A DNA stretch of 64,000 bases from Candidatus Cloacimonadales bacterium. Its GTDB lineage: Bacteria > Cloacimonadota > Cloacimonadia > Cloacimonadales > JAIOQZ01. Positions 39,374 to 49,479 of the stretch are shown here, piece after piece. Below the pieces are notes generated by a model, which searched no databases, was not told the origin of the DNA, and saw nothing but the letters and a program-made list of their open reading frames with translations. Numbering within the stretch: the first letter of the stretch is position 1; each line of letters opens with the position of its first letter. The position numbers and the translations under genes were made by a program. The DNA lies in the NCBI GenBank assembly GCA_963665815.1, contig OY762463.1:1920001-1984000 (forward strand), read 5' to 3'.

Positions 39374-39580
39374 ATGCCAAAAGGTAGAACTTTCAATGCG
39401 AAACTTGCTCACGAACTGAGTACCGAAGGTAAAGTAATTTGCCCTAATTGTAATCAGGAAGTAAAAAGAATAAAGCTCGTAAGAGCCAGGAAGTCCAAAG
39501 CTGAAGGCTGGGCTCCTAAATATGAATTCGCTAAAATTTGTAAATGTAATGAAAAAGATATTTATAGCGGAAAAATTTAA
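39374..39580 (+). CDS. Small basic Zn-ribbon protein, possibly DUF4295/bL38-related
   Basis: CPNC...CKC, Lys/Arg rich; has its own promoter, SD and terminator. Confidence 0.75.
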   Translation: MPKGRTFNAKLAHELSTEGKVICPNCNQEVKRIKLVRARKSKAEGWAPKYEFAKICKCNEKDIYSGKI

Positions 39581-39612
39581 AACCTCACACCCTACATAAA
39601 ATGCCCTCCTAG

Positions 39613-39658
39613 AAAAAGCCCAATAGCCGCCCGGCGATTGGGCTTTTCTTTTTTTTTA
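39613..39658 (+). terminator. Strong intrinsic terminator
   Basis: AAAGCCCAATAGCC-GCCC-GGCGATTGGGCTTT followed by a long T tract. Confidence 0.9.
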
Positions 39659-39734
39659 TTTTTCACATTTTGAAAAAAACCATAAAATTTGTTGCATAAA
39701 AATTTCCAGTTTCAAATTATGATGTCATATTAAA

Positions 39735-42700
39735 TTGGAGAATGCTATAATTATGAATAATATACCCACAAAAAAAACTATCTCTCTTTTATTGCTCTTT
39801 CTTATGATAGTAACAATCGCAACTGCAGCTCCTGTTTATCCCGGAGTTGATAATCAAAACTACAGGATTAAACCCGAGAGACCAAGTGAAAGATTCAAAC
39901 CTGTACCCTATACCATGGAAAGATCAAGAGATATTCCCGACAGTATCCTCGTTGTCATGGTTGAATTTGCTGATCTGAAGTTTGTCGCTGACACAACTTC
40001 ATTTGATGGTATACCCCATAACAAATTGTACTTCGAGACATACATGAAACACATGTCAGCTTATTTTCATGATGCTTCTCATGGGAATTATAGTTTAACT
40101 CCAGATAATTATACTGTATACGAAAAAGTAGAATTAAATAAAGATCATACTTATTACGGAGATTATGATGCTGACTCCGGAACGCGAGTAGTATCTCTTA
40201 TGGCAGATATAGTTGCTGCTCTTGATGACGAAATAGACTTCAATGACTATGATTCTTACCTCATATTCCATGCCGGTGCAGGAAGAGAAGCCGACATACA
40301 CGGAACTCACCCTTATGCACTTTCCAGCACTTTTATTGATAGATATGACATTAAAGAATCTTATGAAGCTTCAATTGAAGAAGGTTTTTCCATGAATTCG
40401 AATATTACTGAAAACGGCATTACTACTGCCGATGGAAAAAACCTTTACGAATTTGTTGTTTGTCCAGAGGCAGAAGTCTTTGAAGACTTTACCGAAACTG
40501 ATCCTACCTTGGGTACTCTTGGAGTTATTGCCCATGAATTCGGGCATCAGTTGGGAATGCCTACATTATTCGATAATTACAGTGCAAACGGAAGATCTGC
40601 CGGTATCGGGTACTTTGGAATTATGGGTAATGGTGCCTGGAACGCACTCGGCTATGTCCCCCCTCTCCCCTGTGCCTGGACAAGATACTATATGGGATGG
40701 GAAAATACAGTTGAAATAGATCAATTCGATACTGATCTTTTTATCAATCATGTAAGCGATACTATAAATACGAATAATAAACTCTATAAAATAGACATTT
40801 CAGAAACCGAATATTTTCTTATTGAGAATAGACAGCAGAATCCGGACAGCAGCCGCAGCATTAATGGAGCACCGAGTTTTACATTCAGACTCCACCCTAC
40901 CGAACAGAAATATTATGAAGATGGGCATCCTAATGCAGGAGATCCAAAATTTGATTTTATGATCAACACATATAAAGGGTGCGAATGGGACTTTTATCTT
41001 CCTGGTTACGGTGACCCGATGATTTTCAAGAATGGTGAACCAATAGATGGTTCCGGCTTGCTGATCTGGCATATTGATGAGACAATAATCAACCTGTTGT
41101 TCAAAGATGATTTTGAATACAGTTATGTGAACGGCGATGCGGAACATAAAGGTGTTGACCTCGAAGAAGCTGACGGTGTACAGAATCTTGACTACTACAT
41201 CCCACCAAGTACATACAGACAGGGATCTCCTCTTGATGCCTACCGCAAAGGGAATAATGATTATTTTGGCTTTGACCGATACAGAGGTAATCCTGCATTA
41301 ATATCAACACCCACAAGTGAAGGAAACTATGGTAAAACAGAAATTGAAATATATGACATCAGTTATTCAGGGAATCAAATGTCATTCAAAGCCAGCAACA
41401 GTTGGAGCAAAGATGTACTGGATGTAGATTTCCCAAGAATAACATGTAATATCCTAAGCGGTCCTGATTATTGGTTTTACAAGTCTTACATTTTTGGTGT
41501 CACCGAAGATGGTCAGATGGAAATCATTGGTGATGAAGTGGAAAATACATACGACCTACAGACTATGTCTTCGATTACATCCATCAGAGTAATTGGCAAA
41601 CCTGTATTCAATGAACAGGAAAAACATATATTGGTACCTGTGAAATACTCCATAGACGGAACGGATAAGTTTGGAGTAATTGTAGTTAAATCACTTCCTG
41701 ATTTCTCTGAGATTGAGATTATTGAAGTGAGAAACACAGATCAGAATCTGGAACTCAGTCAGCACATTATGGTTAATAATTATTCTTATGCGAACTACAG
41801 ATTATGTGTACCATTTGAGGATAATGGAGAACAAGTACTATACTTCTTTGATTCGGATTATAGCTTTTTAGAATCGGTAAACGTCGGAACAGGAACACTC
41901 GCAGGTGAAATTGTGGCAGGGCTTGCAATCAGTTTCGTTGTTACCTTCAACAATAATGCTTACACAATGAATGTACTTACTGCAGACGGCAGTCTGTCAA
42001 ATTATGAGCTTCAGGAAATCACATTTGCAGATACTATACTCCACTGTTCAGGTGCAGATATGATTGATAACGGCAATGGTGTCGAAGAAATAGTGATAGT
42101 TACCAAAAACCGTAAAATGTTTATCTATAACTCTCAAGGAGAACTGGAAGCTCAGAATAATGTAGAGATTCCTCTCAACACTATCTCCCAACCGGCTATT
42201 GGCGATGTTTCTCATAATGGTAATCTGGATATAGTAATTGGAGGGGAAAATTCCTTTGCAGTATACAATGCACAGGGTGTTCTTATAAGCAGCCCATATT
42301 ATTCCGTGGATTATCCTGATACAAGCAATGTTGCTGCCCCTTTCATTTTATTTGATTATAATCCCAATTATAATTTAGATTATATTAATGGTGCATATAT
42401 GCCTTCCAATCCTTATTATGGTCCGGACATCTTCGGTTATACATCCCTGAACAGACTGGGAGGATGGGACTACCATAATGAATACATAACGGGCTATCCT
42501 GTTACGGCTGTCCATAAGTTCAACTCAGCCCCATTAGTATTTTTCTCGAAGATAATCTTAGATGGTGAAGATGAGCCTGAGTGTGCAACATATTTCTACC
42601 ATGATGAAGGAAATAAACTTACCAGAACATTGATAATAGACATGGGGCAGAATGCGGGAACAGGCTGGTTAATGGAAAATGCCAACAGTGGCAGAACATC

Positions 42701-43031
42701 TTTTAATTACAAACCAATGAAATACAACAGTTATAATACAGCATCATTATTTGTGCCGGATGAAGTCTATATCTTCCCTAATCCCGTAACGAGAGTTAAT
42801 GATGGAGACTTGAAATTTAACTTAATGGTAAACAAAGATGCTGAAGTTCAAATAAAAATATTTGACATTGCAGCTAACTTAATTGCAAAAAGAACTGTGA
42901 AATGTAATGCTTATGAGAAAAACAGAGATAAGTTCATTCTGAATACATCAAAACTGTCTTCAGGAGTTTACATTGCAGTAATTAAAGCCGGAGGTGAACA
43001 GAAAACCTTGAAGTTTGCCATAGAGAAATAA
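39735..43031 (+). CDS. Secreted M6 (immune inhibitor A-like) metalloprotease with a T9SS-type C-terminal domain
   Basis: Signal peptide, FHAGAG, HEFGHQLG, EYFLIENR, GLLIWHID; C-terminal YIFPNP...LSSGVY...K. Confidence 0.85.
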   Translation: MENAIIMNNIPTKKTISLLLLFLMIVTIATAAPVYPGVDNQNYRIKPERPSERFKPVPYTMERSRDIPDSILVVMVEFADLKFVADTTSFDGIPHNKLYFETYMKHMSAYFHDASHGNYSLTPDNYTVYEKVELNKDHTYYGDYDADSGTRVVSLMADIVAALDDEIDFNDYDSYLIFHAGAGREADIHGTHPYALSSTFIDRYDIKESYEASIEEGFSMNSNITENGITTADGKNLYEFVVCPEAEVFEDFTETDPTLGTLGVIAHEFGHQLGMPTLFDNYSANGRSAGIGYFGIMGNGAWNALGYVPPLPCAWTRYYMGWENTVEIDQFDTDLFINHVSDTINTNNKLYKIDISETEYFLIENRQQNPDSSRSINGAPSFTFRLHPTEQKYYEDGHPNAGDPKFDFMINTYKGCEWDFYLPGYGDPMIFKNGEPIDGSGLLIWHIDETIINLLFKDDFEYSYVNGDAEHKGVDLEEADGVQNLDYYIPPSTYRQGSPLDAYRKGNNDYFGFDRYRGNPALISTPTSEGNYGKTEIEIYDISYSGNQMSFKASNSWSKDVLDVDFPRITCNILSGPDYWFYKSYIFGVTEDGQMEIIGDEVENTYDLQTMSSITSIRVIGKPVFNEQEKHILVPVKYSIDGTDKFGVIVVKSLPDFSEIEIIEVRNTDQNLELSQHIMVNNYSYANYRLCVPFEDNGEQVLYFFDSDYSFLESVNVGTGTLAGEIVAGLAISFVVTFNNNAYTMNVLTADGSLSNYELQEITFADTILHCSGADMIDNGNGVEEIVIVTKNRKMFIYNSQGELEAQNNVEIPLNTISQPAIGDVSHNGNLDIVIGGENSFAVYNAQGVLISSPYYSVDYPDTSNVAAPFILFDYNPNYNLDYINGAYMPSNPYYGPDIFGYTSLNRLGGWDYHNEYITGYPVTAVHKFNSAPLVFFSKIILDGEDEPECATYFYHDEGNKLTRTLIIDMGQNAGTGWLMENANSGRTSFNYKPMKYNSYNTASLFVPDEVYIFPNPVTRVNDGDLKFNLMVNKDAEVQIKIFDIAANLIAKRTVKCNAYEKNRDKFILNTSKLSSGVYIAVIKAGGEQKTLKFAIEK

Positions 43032-43055
43032 AAAAAATCATTCTGGAGGAAATAG

Positions 43056-43967
43056 ATGAAATATAAATTTTTAATATTATTACTGGTAATAATGAGTGCA
43101 TCATTATTTGCCGAAAAAGTAGATGGTAAAGCCGGTGAATCCGGTTTTGCAATGCTTAATATCCTGAGAGATCCTGCAACTTCCGCAAGTGGTGGAGTAG
43201 GATCATTTAATTCATATAACAGTCTGGGATTTATTACACATCCTGTATCAAATCTTGTTAGTCCCGGTCATCAGGTTTCATTCAGTACTGCCGAATTGTT
43301 TGCCGGCATCAAAACTAAAAACCTTGGTTACAAAAAGAGTTCTGAAAAAATGGGATTCGGACTGTCATTCCGTACTGTAGATTATGGTGATATTGATAAA
43401 AGAGATGATAGTGGATTATTGATTGGCAGTTATAAACCTGTAGATATGGTTTTGTCTTCAAACGCAGCATTCAGAATCAATCCTTCTCATTTTGCGGGAG
43501 TAAATGTTCACCTTCTATACGAAAGAATAAGTAACTCATCAGCCTACGGTCTGGCATTTGATCTTGGATATTACTACAAAACTCCAATCAAGAACTTATG
43601 TTTTTCTGCAGCTTTAAGGAATATGGGTAAAACATCCAAAATGGATGATGAAGATATAACTCTGCCATTTTCTTTTGAAGCTTCAACAATCTATACATAT
43701 GAAATGAATGAAATTATTAATAACCACTGTGAATTTAAAGTTATGAAGTATCGTGATGATGAAAATATGAAGATTAATCTTGGTAACATTGTATCTTTTT
43801 ACGATACATTTCAGGTTAGATTTGGCTATAAAATAAATTATGATGCAGAAGATTTATCTGCCGGTATTTCTTTGAAAGTAAAAAAATACAACATAGGATA
43901 CTCTTTTGTAAAATACGCAGACGAGCTTGAAGACATTCACATGATAGGTGTCTCATACTCATTTTAA
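43056..43967 (+). CDS. PorV/PorQ-family outer-membrane beta-barrel
   Basis: Signal peptide, AFDLG, RNMG, terminal YSF; paralogue of 638..1579. Confidence 0.8.
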   Translation: MKYKFLILLLVIMSASLFAEKVDGKAGESGFAMLNILRDPATSASGGVGSFNSYNSLGFITHPVSNLVSPGHQVSFSTAELFAGIKTKNLGYKKSSEKMGFGLSFRTVDYGDIDKRDDSGLLIGSYKPVDMVLSSNAAFRINPSHFAGVNVHLLYERISNSSAYGLAFDLGYYYKTPIKNLCFSAALRNMGKTSKMDDEDITLPFSFEASTIYTYEMNEIINNHCEFKVMKYRDDENMKINLGNIVSFYDTFQVRFGYKINYDAEDLSAGISLKVKKYNIGYSFVKYADELEDIHMIGVSYSF

Positions 43968-43976
43968 GGAGCAATA

Positions 43977-46900
43977 GTGAAAAGACTGTTAGTACTTACA
44001 CTTTTAGTAATTAGTTTCAACTTATTCTCAGAGATTGATATTACACCAAGAGAATTGATTCTCAAAGCCAGAGATAATATCAGTTTTGATGAAGTTACTT
44101 TCGAAAACACTGAGATCAACAATATTTTTGAGAAATACAGACCAAGAAGTATAAAAAAACTATTCCCGAAAGATGATCGATATTTCTGCGTAAGATTCTA
44201 TGACGATCTTGACTGGAATGATTTAACCAAAAAAGCTAAAAACATTGAAGAAATTGAATATATTCAACCTAACTATGTAAACAAAATGCATTTCTACCCA
44301 AATGATCCACGATATGAGAATCAGTTTCTGGATATGGTTAATGCTGAACAAAGCTGGGATATTACGACCGGAAGTAACAGTATTATTATAGCAATCATAG
44401 ATTCAGGATGTCATTTTGAACATGAGGATTTGCAGGGAAACATCCTGATAAATTCAGGTGAAATTGCTGACAACGGTATTGACGATGATGATAATGGCTA
44501 TGTAGATGACTGGAGAGGTTGGGATTTTTCTGATGCTCCGGAACTATCCGAAGTAGCTCTTGGTGATTACCTGGATCAGGATAACGATGCTGAGGATGAA
44601 AACAATCACGGTACTCACGTCGCCGGAATTATTGGGGCTGACTCAGATAATTCCATAGGTATTACAGGAATATGCCACAATACCAGCATGCTCATTGTAA
44701 GAGCAGGTTTCAGAACTACTCAGGGAACAGGTTATCTTCAGGATGATGACTGTGCTTCTGCAATTGTATATGCAGCCAATATGGGAGCAAATTTAATCAA
44801 CATAAGCTGGGGAGATCAGACTCATTCCCAGATTATTGATGATGCCTGCCAATACGCTTATGATCATGGAACAATTATCGTTGCTTCAGCAGGTAATGAC
44901 CCGCAACCGGGAATCAGTTTTCCGGCAAGACTTGCTACTACAATCAGCGTTGGAGCTGTTGACGAAGATATGAATCTTGGGGGTTTTTCCAGTTATGGTC
45001 CGGAGATGGATATTGTAGCTCCGGGCAGTCAGATTATAAGTACTTATTCAGTAGACGATCCTGCAACAATGTATCATGAAATGTCAGGAACTTCCATGGC
45101 AGCGCCTTTTGTAACCGGTGCTTTAGGATTACTGCTTTCTGAAAATCCGGGTATTTCCTTTGATGAAGCAAAATCAAGACTTTACTCTTCCGCCTATAAC
45201 CTTGGTCCAGTTGGATTTGATAATTACTTTGGAATGGGAATGCTTGATATTGAAGCACTTCTGACAGTTTCTACAATTCCTCTGGTTGAAATTACTTCTC
45301 CGGATGACAGAACCGGTTTTGCAAATAGCTTTGATATTGTGGGAACTGTGGATGCTGAAGATTTCTTTCGATATTCAGTTATGTATACTTCAAGTGAAAT
45401 GCCTGAGCAAATAGACTGGAAAAATGTTGAGAATCACGAAACTACTCCTCTTTTCTATACTGAAAATGTTGTTAATGGTGTTCTTGCAACCTTTAATCTC
45501 AGAAATGAAATATCTGATGGTACTTATCTTATAAAAGTCGAACTGACAACTTCCGACTACAGGAAGTTTACTTCCATGAGGACAGTTTACCTTGATCAAA
45601 CCTCACCGATTCTTGATGCAAGTTATCTGAAAATATATAAGAGATATTTTGAAGAAACTCCAAGATATTACTTACAGTCAAAATACGATGAACCCGTGTA
45701 TCAGAAAACTGTTATAACAGACATGAACAGCAAAGTATATACAATATATAATGACTACCCGGATTCATCTCTGATTATTCAATTTCCTGAAGAGCTGGCT
45801 GAAGGACCTGTTGATCTGCAAATTTCAGCTGAAAACCTTTGTGGAAAACTTAATGCAGCTCAGACATTTAATTCCGTTGGAGATATTGATAAAACAACAA
45901 TCAATACAACTGAATATAATCAGATTGCCATTGGTCCTGCGATTACAGGAATCAATACAAGTAATCCAAATATAATTATAGGTATGGAAGCAGGCTCAGG
46001 ATATGGAGATGTTCATATTTTTGATATCTCTGCCGGAACAATGCAGACTGCATATTCTTTCGATGGAAAATTCTGGCCATTAGACGTAGGCAATACAAAT
46101 AGTACTCACGAAGAATTGATTGGAATCAATCTGGACAAAATAGTAATTTATGAATCAAATGACAGGAATAATTTTACATTACCTGCGGATACAATTCTTA
46201 CAAAGAGTGATGTCATGGGAGCCAGATTTGTCAATTTTGACACAGATGTATATGATGAACTCCTTACAATAGAAAATGAATCATTTGCACGTGTTATCAA
46301 AGGATATGATCGTAACAGCAATGTTTTCATTAACAGATTTACTCTCCATAACACTTCTCCTACAAGCACAAGAAACTCATTTTCTACAAGAATAACCTGT
46401 GGTGACTTTGATAATGATGGATATACAGATATAGTTGCTTCGGATTCGGATGGTGATGTTATGGTGTATGAAGTCCATTCCAACTATGAAACCAGTCAAA
46501 CCTGGGCATTCAGACTGCCAACTCCAAATGCTTTCTTTATTACAAGTGGGGATTATACCGGAGATGGTGTTAAAGAATTCTGTGTCGGGGGTTATACTGA
46601 ATCTTCCGGTAATCCGGAAAAAACTTTCAGCTTTTTCCAGGTTTTCAAATCCACCGGACCTGACACATACGAACCACTAGATTATATCAGTTTTGACCAT
46701 ATAGGTTCTCAGAATTCAATAACATCCGTCGATTTTGATGACGACGACGACGATGAGCTTGTTATATCCATGTCTCCTGGAGTTTACATAGTGGATTATA
46801 TTGACGGACACTTAGTTCCTGTATGGAAAGGAGAATCTGATAGAACCTATCAGGCATTCTCAATTGACAAAAATGGTTCAGAACCATCTAAAGTATTTTT

Positions 46901-48113
46901 GAACAATACTCTTGATGACCAATATGAATGTCATATGGTAACTAAAGCAGCAGTTCAGGACAGACCGTTCCCACCTAATCAGTTTAAAGCAGCACCTATT
47001 AATGAAAATGCTATATTACTAAGTTGGAAGCAGCTGATTACAGGTGAAGTAATAATTTACAAAATTGAAGATGATAACATGTCTGAACTTGCAAGAGTAA
47101 CAGGCAACAGTTTTATTGATACTCTTGTTGTTGCAAGCAAAGAATACCAGTATGCACTTGCAACATATGATGAGTCTTATCAGTACAATACTTCTAAACT
47201 AAGCTTATGGAAAACGGTTATGCCGGATTATAAACCGGAACTTGTAGAAATGTCTTTTATTGATCAGGACAGACTTTCTCTGGAATTCTCAAGACCACTT
47301 GATAATACAGCAGTTGACATTGGGAACTATTACATTACTCCGGATATAAAACTGCCATCGTCCTGCTATTTCGATAAACACAAGACCAGAGTTATCCTGG
47401 CTTTCAGTCAGAACTTTGAGCAGGATGTGCCTTATACACTATCTATTTCGAACTTGAAAGGTGATTCAGGAGTTCCTTTAGATGATGTTAATTTATCTGT
47501 CACACTTGACGGATCGGAATTAATTAAGCCATATATTGAAAATATAAAAGTAATTGATAGAAATCATCTTGAAATAAACTATAGTGAAGTTGTGTCAGAG
47601 ATTACTGCAACAAATATAAATAACTATGTCATTTCTTTCCCAGAAATTGATAAAAACAACAGTATCAGATCAATCACATACAATAATGATCAGGTAACAA
47701 TTGTTTTTTCAAATGAACTCGAATATGCTAACAAAGTATATGACTTGAATGTGAAAAATGTTGAGGACTTAGATGGGAATAGAATAAAACTGGGAAATAA
47801 ATTCCTTTTCAGCTTGACAGTTATTAATAATCTTGATCATGTAAAAATTGTCCCTAATCCATTATATACCAGTAAATCGGATAGATTTGTCATCTATAAC
47901 CTGCCTTTGAATAAAGCAGGCAGTATCAGACTTTATGATATTAATGGAGATCTTGTTGTTAACAAGTCAATTGAAGGACTGACACAAAACGAAAGCAAAT
48001 TTGATTTTCTGCCCAGAAACAAAATGGGAGAAGACTTATCTTCAGGAGTATATTACTATATTCTGGAGATTGGAAATGACATTAAAAAAGGTAAAATTGC
48101 TGTAATCAGATAG
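43977..48113 (+). CDS. Secreted S8 subtilase with FG-GAP/Ig-like domains and a T9SS-type C-terminal domain
   Basis: Catalytic triad IDSG / HGTHVAG / GTSMA; GDFDNDG repeats; PNP...LSSGVYYY...GKIAVIR. Confidence 0.9.
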   Translation: MKRLLVLTLLVISFNLFSEIDITPRELILKARDNISFDEVTFENTEINNIFEKYRPRSIKKLFPKDDRYFCVRFYDDLDWNDLTKKAKNIEEIEYIQPNYVNKMHFYPNDPRYENQFLDMVNAEQSWDITTGSNSIIIAIIDSGCHFEHEDLQGNILINSGEIADNGIDDDDNGYVDDWRGWDFSDAPELSEVALGDYLDQDNDAEDENNHGTHVAGIIGADSDNSIGITGICHNTSMLIVRAGFRTTQGTGYLQDDDCASAIVYAANMGANLINISWGDQTHSQIIDDACQYAYDHGTIIVASAGNDPQPGISFPARLATTISVGAVDEDMNLGGFSSYGPEMDIVAPGSQIISTYSVDDPATMYHEMSGTSMAAPFVTGALGLLLSENPGISFDEAKSRLYSSAYNLGPVGFDNYFGMGMLDIEALLTVSTIPLVEITSPDDRTGFANSFDIVGTVDAEDFFRYSVMYTSSEMPEQIDWKNVENHETTPLFYTENVVNGVLATFNLRNEISDGTYLIKVELTTSDYRKFTSMRTVYLDQTSPILDASYLKIYKRYFEETPRYYLQSKYDEPVYQKTVITDMNSKVYTIYNDYPDSSLIIQFPEELAEGPVDLQISAENLCGKLNAAQTFNSVGDIDKTTINTTEYNQIAIGPAITGINTSNPNIIIGMEAGSGYGDVHIFDISAGTMQTAYSFDGKFWPLDVGNTNSTHEELIGINLDKIVIYESNDRNNFTLPADTILTKSDVMGARFVNFDTDVYDELLTIENESFARVIKGYDRNSNVFINRFTLHNTSPTSTRNSFSTRITCGDFDNDGYTDIVASDSDGDVMVYEVHSNYETSQTWAFRLPTPNAFFITSGDYTGDGVKEFCVGGYTESSGNPEKTFSFFQVFKSTGPDTYEPLDYISFDHIGSQNSITSVDFDDDDDDELVISMSPGVYIVDYIDGHLVPVWKGESDRTYQAFSIDKNGSEPSKVFLNNTLDDQYECHMVTKAAVQDRPFPPNQFKAAPINENAILLSWKQLITGEVIIYKIEDDNMSELARVTGNSFIDTLVVASKEYQYALATYDESYQYNTSKLSLWKTVMPDYKPELVEMSFIDQDRLSLEFSRPLDNTAVDIGNYYITPDIKLPSSCYFDKHKTRVILAFSQNFEQDVPYTLSISNLKGDSGVPLDDVNLSVTLDGSELIKPYIENIKVIDRNHLEINYSEVVSEITATNINNYVISFPEIDKNNSIRSITYNNDQVTIVFSNELEYANKVYDLNVKNVEDLDGNRIKLGNKFLFSLTVINNLDHVKIVPNPLYTSKSDRFVIYNLPLNKAGSIRLYDINGDLVVNKSIEGLTQNESKFDFLPRNKMGEDLSSGVYYYILEIGNDIKKGKIAVIR

Positions 48114-48180
48114 CACTACTTTCGTTATTACCTTAAAACCTTATTTAATGAAAAATAATTTCGACAGAAAGGAGAGATAA

Positions 48181-48990
48181 ATGATCTCTATAGACTGGAA
48201 AGCAAGATTGAAGAAGGATACTGAGGATTTCCTTAATAAAAAGCTTCCAAACAAAGATTTTGATATTGATATAATATACAATGCCTATCCGGAAAGAATA
48301 GATAATAAAGTACCTAAAGATATAATCGTACTTGTATCAAAACATATAGCTTCAGAAGTTTCGAAAAATCCGGAAACTCACATGGATTTCTTCGATTATC
48401 TCTGGAAAACAAAAGGTGAAAATGGTAAAATTGCATTAAGCATCATTCTGGCAAAGCTTGTAAAAATGGATCCGAGAAAATATATAGACTATTCGGGAAC
48501 ATTACTCAAAACATGTAAGGAAATCACTCATGCTCAATTTATTCTGGATAAAGCTGTTTATCCGATTGTAAAAAAATACCCGGATACTTTTCTTGATAAA
48601 ATCATCAAATGGCTTGGTGGTAATAATTCTATTCTCAAACAAGCTATCATGAAGTTGCTCATCAAACTTATCAGAGCTGACAATAACCTGATAAAACCTG
48701 TTTTCAGAAAACTTGAGGGACTCTGGCTTTATGCAAATGAAGATATGATACACTTTAATATTGATTTCCTTAAAGCTGTAAGCAAGATTAATCCTGATTT
48801 TTACAGAAATATATTCGTCAGTTACAAAATATCAAGGAATCCTGTGTTTATCGAAATTCTTACGGGCAGCATCAATTCTTATGATCAGGAGATTTTCGAT
48901 ATTGTAGAAAACTGGACAAAAAGCGGTAATGCCAGACTAAAAAAAGCAGCATTGGCTGCACACAAAATTATGATTAGAAAGAAAGGATAA
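48181..48990 (+). CDS. HEAT/ARM-repeat hypothetical protein (AlkD-like?)
   Basis: All-helical sequence pattern; AAGGAG SD. Confidence 0.5.
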   Translation: MISIDWKARLKKDTEDFLNKKLPNKDFDIDIIYNAYPERIDNKVPKDIIVLVSKHIASEVSKNPETHMDFFDYLWKTKGENGKIALSIILAKLVKMDPRKYIDYSGTLLKTCKEITHAQFILDKAVYPIVKKYPDTFLDKIIKWLGGNNSILKQAIMKLLIKLIRADNNLIKPVFRKLEGLWLYANEDMIHFNIDFLKAVSKINPDFYRNIFVSYKISRNPVFIEILTGSINSYDQEIFDIVENWTKSGNARLKKAALAAHKIMIRKKG

Positions 48991-48992
48991 AT

Positions 48993-49466
48993 ATGCCTGA
49001 ATATATTACAAGAGAAGGAATGGAGAGGCTGAATAAGAGAATCAGCTTTCTTCTGGAAACCGAAAGACCAAAAGTTGTAAAACAAGTAGCTACAGCCAGA
49101 GAAATGGGTGATTTGAAAGAAAACGCCGAATATCATGCTGCACGTGAAAGACAAAGACACATTGATGATGAAGTAGGCAGACTGAAGTCCAGAGCTGCAA
49201 TACTGAAAGTTGTCGATACTGATACAATACCTAAAGATGCGGTCAGGTTTGGTGCATATGTAGATGCTGAAGAGATTTCTAAGTCAGAAACACATCATTA
49301 CAGACTGGTCGGAGTAGACGAAGTAAACCATGAAGTAGAAGGTGTTCAGCTTATTTCAGTTGCATCTCCTATCGGAAAGGCAATGATCGGGAAAAAAGTT
49401 GGAGAAATGTTTGTTGTTAAAGCACCTATAGGTGACAGAAATTTTAAAGTTTTAAATATTAAATAA
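48993..49466 (+). CDS. greA: Transcription elongation factor GreA
   Basis: GDLKENAEYHAA, SPIGKAMIGK. Confidence 0.95.
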   Translation: MPEYITREGMERLNKRISFLLETERPKVVKQVATAREMGDLKENAEYHAARERQRHIDDEVGRLKSRAAILKVVDTDTIPKDAVRFGAYVDAEEISKSETHHYRLVGVDEVNHEVEGVQLISVASPIGKAMIGKKVGEMFVVKAPIGDRNFKVLNIK

Positions 49467-49479
49467 GAAAGGAAACCGT

